A stretch of 64,000 nucleotides of DNA from Vermamoeba vermiformis (taxonomy: Eukaryota): the NCBI GenBank assembly GCA_045837725.1, contig JBEWZL010000175.1, positions 124,001 to 188,000 of the forward strand, in the 5' to 3' direction. The notes under the pieces are model-generated. The model was not told where the DNA came from. It did no database searches and worked only from the letters and a program-made list of their open reading frames with translations. Below are positions 25,365 to 36,587 of the stretch, piece after piece. Numbering within the stretch: position 1 is the first letter of the stretch; each line of letters begins with the position of its first letter. The position numbers were made by a program, and so were the translations under genes.

Positions 25365-28300
25365 ATGTTTCCAGGTCTAACACAAGGCTATAACGTCTAC
25401 GTCGTAGACGACTCGCATCAGGACGAAACACTGCGAACAGCCGATCCACAAAAAGAACGCAAATTAGCCAAGTCTCTAATAGACTCGCATAAATATAAAG
25501 ATGCGGTCTATCATATAAGCCGTGCTTTAATTTTTGATATCGCTGCTGTGGATATTTTAGACAAACTTCTTGAGCGGTGTAAAGATCCCTGCAAGCAATT
25601 AATTTACACGACGAGTAAGCGCAAAAATATTACTTATATAAGATATGCATAATATATAAGGCTATAATAACGTAAAAGCGATTTTTTAAATTGAAATTTA
25701 TAATTTATTCCTTTGAAAAATCAGATCACGTCGTTTCCTGGAAGCTAATCAACGAATTATATTCATAGGAGGTGAAATAGGTCCTTATTGGTATGAAAGA
25801 GCAGTATTTGGTTATATTTATGCGAAACAAAAGAAATATACAGAAGCACTGACAGAATTGCTCAAATCTGCTTCTGATAAATGCACAGTACGTTCATTTT
25901 AGTGTCAAATAGCATTTTTACACATGCAAATATTGTATTATGAATATTTTAGATTATTTTACTCTTCTATTCCTTTTCTGTCCGATCTCGATCGCATTCG
26001 GCACCAGTCCGCCCAAATTCACTACAACTTCCTTAATCCATTTAAAATCATTTATATATACATTAATTCACACTACAAACCATTACGCGGATTAATTCTA
26101 TTTTCAGGTCGCGTACTTTGAGTGGGTCAAAGAATGGGATCAAGAAGTTCTTGCAGAAGCATTGCAACAAGTCAGTATTGAGCACTTAGGCACTGTATTA
26201 GCTGCTGTTATGAAGAGGCACAAGTCTTTGAACGTAAAGTAAGCTCATTTCTAAGTATTTTTAATTTTAATACTTCGCGATCGCATCTGTTTAGATCTTA
26301 CCCACGAAAGCTTTAATAGATATCTATTAAATATATATACATTACATACTATTATATTAATATCAGTTCTTTTAAGTGCGTAAAATAGACGAGAAATTAA
26401 GATTTTTTTTCGTTGTGCGACACGCACTTTTTGATACTGGCTATTACTTACTAATGCACATTTATTAGGGACGACAAGTTAATTCTCCGCTCATTGAAGG
26501 CCCTGTCAGATGTCATGTTCGAGTCATTTAAATATCGACGCACAGAAATGGATAATTTCACGCTTTATGGCTTGGCCTCGTTGCTCAGAAAAGTCGGAAA
26601 TTTGACGGACGCAATGACAGTAAGTATATTTATTACTTAAATAGTACAAATTTCATAATATAGCTCTATAATAATATAATTTTATTGATAAAATAATGCT
26701 GGTCTTTAAATTGCGTGTAAGATCCGGGTCTTGTACCGATTTTTTTATTTATTTTAGGTGGGTTTATATATGGACGACACACATTCGGATTGGTATTCAT
26801 GCCTAGCTATCGCTTATTTATACAGAGGTAAGCTTATTTGAAAATATTTTTGACGTGGATCCAGATCTGATCGTAATTTTTCCGCGATAGAAATGCATCA
26901 GGTAGATGAAGCGCTTAAATGGTATCAAAAATGTCACAAATTTCATCCTGAGGATGAAAGTGTATTATTAGACGGTACGTCGCGACTTGTTGCAAAGCAT
27001 ATTGCCTTTTAAGGAAATTTCTTTACAAATTGAATTATGTCTTTATTTTTCATGAAACTCTATTGATACGGATTTAATATGCAGCGGGTGACACGTGTCT
27101 CGATGCGCTTCGGATACGTGAGGCAGGCACGTGGTATTTGAAAGCCATTCGCAAACGAGAAGTTCCGTGGGCAATAGCGTCGATGTGCTTTATCGATTAC
27201 ATGATGACTGGCCATCAAGATTATGTAGCCGAGCTCTTGAACGCATCTAGACGAAGTACGTATTATTGACTCAAATAAGATGGCAATTTGACACGTGTCA
27301 AAGTGACACTTTGCAAAACTAATTTATTTTACTTTTTTTGGTTCGTGTAAAGAATACTTTACTAATGTTAATATTAACTAGATAATTTGAGGGCAGCAGA
27401 CTTATTAGGACCTGCATTAGCGTTATTCAAGCCATTCCGCGTGTCACTTTTGTTGCCGGACGAACCAATGGTGACGTCATTGTTCACGCTCGTACTTGAC
27501 ATTTGCAAGCCACAGACACGGAACCGCGGCGTTGTAAGTTCATGAAAACTTCATTTGCAGACACGTTCTGTCAAGATCTAACAAAATTTTTGCAAAGTTT
27601 GGCACGTGGGTTTTGATAACATTGTACCCGCCTTCGCCAATCAGCTACGTCGCATTTGATATGTTGAAGAAACTTATCTCGCCGGAGATTAGTTGGGTCA
27701 GCAAACTAGTGCTTGAAAAATCAATTTTGAACGAAGAAAGTCGACCTGCTTACGAGAACTTTAGAGGCGATCCGAAATGGTTCGACAAAGATTTCCTTTT
27801 ATGGAAATTCACGAAAACATCGATTCAAACGAAGATTTCTCCGCCAGACGAGGTACGTAGTTCTCACCATATCCCCGCTGAAAAATTTTATTAATTTTAT
27901 TTTGGATCAGGATTTTCTGCGAGAATTGGGTCCATTTTATTCAGCAATTATCACTAGCGCATTTAATACGGACATTTGGTACAATAAGACTGGCTTCATA
28001 GCGAAGAAATTACCGTCAACACGAGCGACCATCAAAAAGTTACTCGGAATCATGTGTCATCCGTTCATGCCAAAATTGGAAGCAGTTTTGACAGATGTCA
28101 AAGCGAGGGAAGGATTAATTTTTGAATTGTTGACGTGGATTTTGAAGATTCAAATCGTTACAGCGATGATTTTGGTGCAACTTGAGTTCGATCCAAAAGC
28201 CTCAGAAAACAATACTAATAGCATTAGTAATACTCTTCATGGAGAAGCACAAATGAACGTTGATATCAACAACAACAATTATACCGTAGAAAAGATTAGT

Positions 28301-29038
28301 CCTAGCGATAACAACGAAGTTAATACGAAAGAAAATCTTCAAGTCGCAATCGAAGAAAATGAAGAAGTTATTGAGCCGCCGAAGAAAAAGCGAAAAATCA
28401 CTAAAGTCGTTAAAGAAGCTGAAATTACTACGAGTCGTGACTGGGACGAATTGAAAATGAAACTATTTCACACGTTGTTGATGGGACCGGTGGATTGGAG
28501 CGTCATTGCTGCTATTGTTGGATTGACGAGGTACGTGTATTAGTTTATATTATATCACTTTACTATACAATAATTTAAAAATAGTGCTTAATTTCATTCA
28601 AACAAAAGTCCAGATATTTTTTCGCAATTTTTTCACGGCTGCAGATCCGCACTTGTCCGTTAATTATTTATAAAGAAATTGCATTATAATTACATAATGC
28701 AGCATTAGTGTTAATATGGCTATTATAGGTTGTCAAGGACAGAAAATTTCCCGTTAGATCTGCGACGGTTAATTCCCGAGTGGTTCAAGATGCGTGAACG
28801 AGAAACACCAGAAGGCCCACACATATGCTACAGAGACGCACTATTAGCTCATTACGTGTTATTACCTGAAGTCGACACGTTAGACAAGTGTGCGACGAAC
28901 ATCAAGCGGTGTTACTTGCAAGAAGAATGTCAAGCCACGTTTAAATTGAAAAGTCCGTACGCTGACGCACTCGTGGATGAGCGATTGAAAATTTCAACGG
29001 CGGTGGAGGAGTTTAGAAAGAAACACATGAATTCTTAA
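25365..29038 (+). CDS. Multi-exon TPR-repeat protein with SV40-type NLS
   Basis: TPR-like helices (AVFGYIYAKQKKYTEALTELLK; CLAIAYLY.EMHQVDEALKWYQKCHKFHPED; AGDTCLDALRIREAGTWYLKA) and PPKKKRK at about 28376-28396. Confidence 0.75.
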
Positions 29039-29482
29039 TAAAGTCCTGTACTTTAATGTACGATAATAATACGTCTTATTTGCGGCAAAAAGTTGGAGCG
29101 CCGTTTCTGCGGTCCGAATTCTATTCGCCACCTCAACGGATTTAACCAGCCAATACTTCAATTAATTCTTTGTGTGTGGCAGTGTATGAACTGTTAAGAC
29201 CCCTTGTGGAGTTCAAAGAAAATGCGAGTGTCGAACGCTAACTAAGACCACTCGCTGTAAACAAAAGTCTTCATTGACCTAATTGCCCGATCATTTGGGC
29301 CTTGCTCGATAAACGTACAACACTATGCACGAGTGTTTCGTTATTAATACGGAGTTTTAAACATTGCAATCGTTTATTTCCTAACCAGTCCTATTTTTCA
29401 TCAACAAGTGGCTCATCTCCACGGATTTTCTGGATTTTCGAGCACAACAATAACTTGCAAGATATTGTTATCTGTCAAAATG

Positions 29483-31317
29483 TTACTCGAAAGAATGGCG
29501 GCACAAGTTTGGCATTCGTGCCCGCAGCTGCTCTATCAAGCTCTCTGAAATTTCTTCAGTCTGAGAGTAATTCCTCGTAACCTCTAATTCTTGCAATGAT
29601 GTTGGTAAATGCAGTATCTTCGCTGAAATCGATCCATTCATCCACGTTTCAAGCATAGTCAGCTTTGTCAATGAGCTTAAATGACTGAAATCGGCGTCAG
29701 ATGCTTTGAAGTGAAGAGCCTCTAACCCTATCAAAGTCGTAAAGTAGCTGCAATCGACCTGCTGCATTCTGCCAGTGAACATCAGACACTTCAAAGTTGT
29801 TAATGTGGAGATGAATGCGTAGTCAGATGTGACTTGTGAATGATTTCTCGCCACCTGAATGTTTAACCTTGTCAAATTTGAAAGACCAACGAAGCCGGTA
29901 AACTGACACTCTTCGGACTGACCAGTCAATGTCAAGTCTTCTAATTTTGTCAAGTGTGATATTTCCATTGCGCAATTAGAAAGCGAGAGCCAAGTAAGGT
30001 CTGATAACACTGACACTGGAAACCCCAGATCTGCAATTCCTGAGTCGCGGATGCTGATCCGTAAAGCATCCAATTGTGTTAGTGTTGACACTACTGACAA
30101 ATTTTGATAGGAATTTTGAGCGCTGATTATGATGTATAGCCGCTTCAGTGATGTGAATTTTGAAAGGTGATCCAGATCCGCAGGTTCATTAATGTGAATT
30201 TGCAGGCGTGTCAATGTTGTGGTGAGAAAATACAGTCCATATTGATTAATTGGGTCTATATTCAGCTCTTCTAATCTTGTCAGTGCTGTGAGCCATTGAT
30301 GTGAATAAAGTTGTTGGTCCTCGGTTGGATTCGTTTCAGCAAAATCTAAAACTAAATGCTTGAGACGCACCAACTTGTGCAATTCTTTTTCTATATCCTT
30401 ATCAACAACACTGAATAGCTCCAAATATGTCAAATTGGTACTGTTTAGTTCGTGGATCGGGATCCCTTTAATGGCAAGGTCTTCAAGCGCCGTCAGTGAG
30501 CTCAATGAAATTTCTTCTGGTTTTTTATCATTTTCCAAGACGACTTGCAGATGTTTTAAGTTGCCCAAGTTTTGAAACAATTTTTCCGCTCTTTCGTTGG
30601 AGACATCCGGCACAAACAAATACAAATACGTCAACTTGGAGCTATGACTGCCAAACAGATCGACGTTCAGCTCATTTTTTTGTGATATTGAGCAGCTTTG
30701 CAGATTTGTCCATCGTTGCATTGAACGCAACAGTTGCATGTTATCAGTATCCTCCGATCGCCATGGCTGCTCGAACGTTGTGAGGTTCGGCATGCTCAGT
30801 AAGGCCTCTAATGGTATTTGATACTCATAGTTCTTGACTGAAATAGAGTGAAGGTTGGGCAATGCTGTCAGTTTGAACCATTCAGCTTCGAGACCGACTT
30901 CATTTTGGTCCAGATCGTCAAATGTCAAATCCGTCAAAGTTGTCAATCGAAGTAAATGCTCGTTTATATCCTCTAACTTATTCATGATATTCTTACAGAA
31001 AGTGTAGGCTTATTGGTTTGCTGTACGAGCACAGTCGATCTGCAATCTGCGGCCATTCCGACTTTTTTGTCAAATAAACTGTAAATCCTCTATAATCAAT
31101 TATGTTGTACCATATTGTGCTTGTGGCACGCGCAATTCGTCGTGTTTTGTCATTAGAGATAATTTAGAATAATTTTTTGAATTTCTAGGGGCACTTGTTC
31201 CTGAAAAATCATCGTTAGTCAATTATATAATAATATTTAAAAATTGTTTAATTAATTGTTTAATTGAATTGTTAATGGCAACAATTCAAGTGATCCTCAG
31301 GATTGGTTACTTACCAT
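29483..31317 (-). CDS. F-box + LRR protein, inverted paralogue of 4273..6170 (apparent indels near 31000 and 31157)
   Basis: ATG-only exon 31317-31315, intron 31314-31201, then EQVPLEIQKIILNY (F-box) and LRR ORF 29483..30985. Confidence 0.82.
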
Positions 31318-31459
31318 GATAAACGCAGCAGTGTCGTGATTCAACAGTTTAATTTGATATTCAGAGCAAAAATATATTGTTCGTAACAGAAATAGAACAA
31401 AAATAAATTTACAAGCTGGTGGAAATTTTATTAGGATCCGTTCTTTTTTTGCTGCGCAA

Positions 31460-33978
31460 ATGGAAGACAACAAATCTCTCCTGGAATACTTACCAAAAGA
31501 GATTTTGTATTATTTTGCAAGATATATTGATTTACGAGACTTAGGGGCGTTGTTATTCACCAGCAAGCAAATTAATGCACTGCTCCAAATAGATCTTGCC
31601 TTCCAAAAAATAGTTTGCGATGCTACGCCGTAAGTTAAATAATTGTATATTAATTGAATATTTTCCTAGTAATATTTATACAATTTACTGCCTTGCAGTC
31701 CCGAATCTGGTCTCTTATCAAAATTAATTTTTTTGAAGAATGCGGTTGATTCAAGCGCCACACCTTCGTCCTATTCGCGTGATGTATTATGATGCTATAG
31801 CATCTGTAAGTAATAAGTGCAACTAGATCTCAAGTAAGAAAATCTAATTACATTTTATTCATTTCAGATAGCCGTTAAATATAACGATGCAAATATCATG
31901 ATATATAGTTTGGAGAATTTATCAGCGGATCACATAATATCGAAGTTGCGACCAAAGAAAGACTACAGTTGGATCCAAACGACCGAGCAGAAATTGGACT
32001 GGCTTAACGAAATAATGTCCAAAGACGCAGATAAAGTATTAGAATTTTTATTAGAGGTAAGAAAAAAGCGACGTTTAATCCTCGAAAGAGGTGGGTATTA
32101 TTTTTCTGGATGTTGATCAGGTTTTTAGGAATGCCAAAAAGTCGACACAACCGCTAAAAGAGAATCAAATAAAGCTCCTGTACGGATGATATCTGAACAG
32201 AGCAATTCTTTTATTGAGCCTCCTCCTTACGTCCCGCATGGTGTCAAGATGAAGTACGACGGTACGTTACTTTTTTGCATCAAATTGCCTATTTATGTCA
32301 TATTTCAAATGAATTTATCGAATATTGCCTAATTTGGAAAATACTGTGGGTTGGCGTGCGCAAAATTAATAATTATCTTATAAAATTTGACGAGTTTATA
32401 AACTTATTAGGCAAGGAAGTCGAATTAACTCCCGAACAGGAAGAAATGGCCTCATATTTTGCCAGATATTTAGAAACTCAAGCTAAAAATCCTATGTCCG
32501 TTAAGAACTTCTTTGCAGAGTGGTTGAAAGTTTTGAATCCGATCGGATCTACGACAACACCTCACGTCATTCAGAAATTCGAGTTATGCGATTTCACACC
32601 GATTGTTAAGCACTTGAAAGGATTAGAGAAGCGCAAGACAGTCGTAAATTATGCTGCCATAGAAAAAATATTCAATTTCCTCATGGACGAGTGCATTTGT
32701 TACAAAAATGTCGCCAGTCCGGATAAATGCTATTATCCGAAAGTTATTGCTGTCGTTCTCAAGTTCATTAACGAGCATAGGAAATTTTTATTTAGAGTAT
32801 TGTTGCAACGAATATTCGGAGTAGGTTTACAATCATCAGATCTGAACAAAACTTAGATTTACTTACTTTTTTTGGATGCAGGAACCAAAGGCGATAAGGT
32901 TGCTTCAATCGCTATTAAAATATTCAAAACACTTCAAAGAACATTCAATTGATATTAATGCACCTATTGAAGTCAAGAGAACAATTTACAAATCAACTAT
33001 CGAATTCGAAGCATCGCCGTTAGAAGCAGCAGCATTTTACGGCCTCAAAAGTGTTTTTCATTTACTTATCGAGCATCGTGCCGTGGTGGATTTGAAGCGG
33101 CCCTATCTACCTCTGCTTTGTATCACCAACGCATCCACATCCAAAGAATTTTTTGATTATTTAGTCGATCTTGGAGCAGGTAATACATTTAATCTACTAT
33201 TTATTAGCTGTTAATACTTATAAATATTTTTACTACAGATTTAAATGCCTTCTTGCCCGAGAGTCTTGCAGTTTGTTCGACGATTCTTGGTTACGCGGCT
33301 GAACTTTTCGCGAGCGATAGGTACTTGTCTTGAGACTCAGTTATATTATAATATTAATAACTAATTATTTTTTTAGCATTATCGAATTTTTATTGATCAA
33401 AGGAGCGAAATTGTCTGCAGCAGAAACTTCCAAATTTCTAAATGAAGATGAATTCAAACGTCACGTTGCCCTCGCTCAGCTCGAAGAATACAACCCAAAG
33501 AATAGAAAAACGTAAGCAAGGGATTATATAATTGTGCGGCAGGAATTAATATGAACTTTCCTTTTGCCAGGCAAATCCACTTTGACCACCGAAATTCCGT
33601 TCGCACCTTTAAGTCTCTCTGGAGCTCCAGGTCCGAATTGACGTTAATGGCTAATGGAGATTTAGTATATTTTACGCATAAGGCAAAAAGAATTGGCAGG
33701 TGGAAACAAGATCCAGACGGCCGGAACTATTTAACGTCTAATGAAGAGATGAAATATCGAAATTTTGGTAGCTATGGTTCCGCAGAAATAACTATAGATG
33801 CGCCGTTATTGAAGCATGAATTTATTGTATACAGGTACGTTAACTAGAATTCAGTACACAGCGAGATCCGATTCTAACTCTAATAACAATCAGAAATTTC
33901 AAGAATGAATTGGCTATTTTATTGCTTGATTTAAACGAGAAAGTTGATGTTCATAATGTATTTGTAGAGCGTCGTTGA
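31460..33978 (+). CDS. F-box + topoisomerase-IB fragment + ankyrin-like repeats + C-terminal beta-rich domain
   Basis: F-box LLEYLPKEILYYFARYIDLRDLGALLFTSKQ. Exons 32129-32261 and 32411-32820 encode [32 protein letters not shown]...KNFFAEW...CDFTPI. Ankyrin-like SPLEAAAFYG and EFLLIKGAKL follow. Confidence 0.85.
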
Positions 33979-34370
33979 AGGCTTATTTGACAATTAATTT
34001 TGCGTACACAATCAAGTTCAATTTAATAAACGATTAGTATTGCTAGCACACAAGACAAGGGTTTCGTACCAGATAAGGATGATCAAAAACGGGAGGCGTC
34101 TCCTAAAAAACCTACATTAGAAGACCTACGCTTGTTGACGACCCGCCCGACCCTCGGAGCCGTCCATTTCCCCTATGAAAAGCGCCCCCACGCCAGCCGG
34201 AGCAGCCGAAGAAGAAGAGTAAAAGGGGGGGCGGCGGGCGAGAGAGAGAAGACGAACGACACTAGGGCCCACCGACCGGCGTGCTTAATAGGTGAAGACC
34301 GAGGAACGTATACGCCTCCCTCAAAAACAGATGAAATACGTTTTTAGGATCTTTTTTTCGAACTGAGCAA

Positions 34371-36548
34371 ATGGAGCACAACGCAACTATTATCGATTTA
34401 CCCATCGAAATACACTATAAATATGTTCGTTATATCGACTTACGAGACTTGGCATCGTTAATATTCACGTGTAAACAATTTAATGAACTTTTAGGAACAG
34501 ATCTTCAACTACAGAAAATAGTTTACAATAATACAGAGTACGAATATTTTCCTACTTATGCGTGTCGTGCATGTACATTATATGTTGATTTTTTCTTAAT
34601 TTTCTAACAATTTTAAAATTAGACAACGAGTTTTGCATAAAAAACTGCGTCGTCCAATCAAACAATTATTCATGGAGAATCGTGCATTTGTAAGTATAAC
34701 ATATATAATATCATATTTCGCGACCGAAACGTCTAATTAATTGATTCCATTATTTTTCTTGAAGTATGCCGTCAAGATCGATGACACGGAGTTCCTCAAA
34801 TACACCTTGCCGAGCTTATCATACAAGGATATTGCAGCAAAACTACGTCCATTCTCGTCAGACCCAAAGACTGTGTTCGTGACTAAAGAGAGCACGAAAT
34901 CCGCGAGCAACAGAAACTTCCTGCAGAAAATCTTCGATTGCGATGCTGGAAATTGTTTCAATTTCTTATTAGAAGTAATTGCACTTATTGTAGAAAATGT
35001 TCGCTCGCTTGGCTGATTTCAAGTCTCATAGGTTTTTACGTCGGATCTACCAGCCAACGTAACAACAGAAGTTCAAGATTCTCATATATATAAGACGCTA
35101 TTATTACTTGCTATACAAACTAACATCACTTTATCTTAATGACGAATCGCAAGGCCCGAGTGGGGCAAAATAACGGAGACGCAGGACCAAGAATCAGATA
35201 TTCACAGCGCTGCTATTAATTGCTATAGTTTGCTTCAAGCCACTACAAGCACTAGGATCGCCATCAAAATTACCTTATCAAAAGGTCCTGCGAGTTTTAT
35301 TGACACATTGCCATAAATGGAAAGAACTCATGATCGTAAAATTAGTGCTAAGTATCAACCTCGAGCAACCAAACGAAGATACTTTGTATTCAAAAATGGT
35401 ACGTGCAATTGACATACGTAATCTTGACGAAAAAACCTTGACCGACAATTCAACTTCAGGTTTTCGAGGCGTTAATGGCCTGCAGCAAAGAATTCCCAGA
35501 ATTTCACATCGATCTCAACATGAAAATACCTAGTATATCAATCTCTGAAGTTACTGTAGAAACTCTGTTAGAGTACGCAGCGATATCTCAACAAGACTCA
35601 AATGGCGAGCTGTTTCATTACTTAATGAATCATGGCGCACAATTTGATCCAAAAGCTCCGTATTTACCGTTGTCGTTGAAATCCTCGCCGTGGTCATCGT
35701 TGAATGGGTACTTGGAAAAACTTGGCTCCGGTATGACCAATCAAATTTTTATTAAATAACTAAATTAACGCTATATTTAATAGATATTAATGCACTTTTG
35801 AAACCTGGAAATGAAACGTTATTAAACTCGATGCTCAGTATGGGCTGGTATGACACAAGGTCTCTTTAAAAAATTCTTGAAATTAAATTAAAGCGAATAT
35901 TAACATTAATATTGCAAAGGGTCTTAGAGTATTTACTTTACAAAGGAGCAAAATTGACGAAGGAAGAAGAAGCTCGGTGGCTCGCTACTGCACCTAATTC
36001 GTTTACGTACAAAGTCGCAAAATGTCAACAAACCGAATACAATCCATTGAAAACTGTCGGGTATATCAATACTAATATTGCAATATTATTTATGTACTAA
36101 TTGATAATTTAAAGTGAAATTCCTGAGGTCACAGATGCGCGACCTGGATTTTACGCATTCTATTCGGCCGTACGGATTGAACTATATTACGGAAGAAGAT
36201 TTAAATATAAAGACAGTACTGGTATCACTTACGGGAACTGGGAAGTAAAAGAAGGGAAGTTATTATTGCAAGATACGCACAAATGGACAGACGACGGGAT
36301 CATAGAGAGGCTAAGTGCAGGAACTGAACCTACTGTTCGCTCCTATTCTATCATAAGGTTAGTTAAAGCCAAAAATATTATTTTGAAATAATTTAACTAT
36401 TTTTAGAACTTGCTTGGGGCTTGGATTCGGACTCGCGATCGACGATCCGGAGTTGGCTGATGAAGAAAGAATCAAAAAGCTCCTATTTGCCTACTTCGAA
36501 GACGACGAATTGTACAAAGATTATGAGGTTGAAACACAAGGAAACTAA
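34371..36548 (+). CDS. F-box + ankyrin-like protein (paralogue of 31460 and 38420; disrupted or chimeric near 35120-35210)
   Basis: F-box IIDLPIEIHYKYVRYIDLRDLASLIFTCKQ, plus shared motifs FHIDLN, ETLLEY, PYLPL and EYLLYKGAKL. Confidence 0.8.
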
Positions 36549-36587
36549 AATCAAGCCAACGAAAACATCAGCGAGTTTTATTTATAA

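Noticed and set aside
32129-32856. A functional topoisomerase I gene
   Set aside because: Only about 100 aa of the N-terminal core is present. There is no catalytic domain or active-site Tyr region, and it is embedded in an F-box gene.
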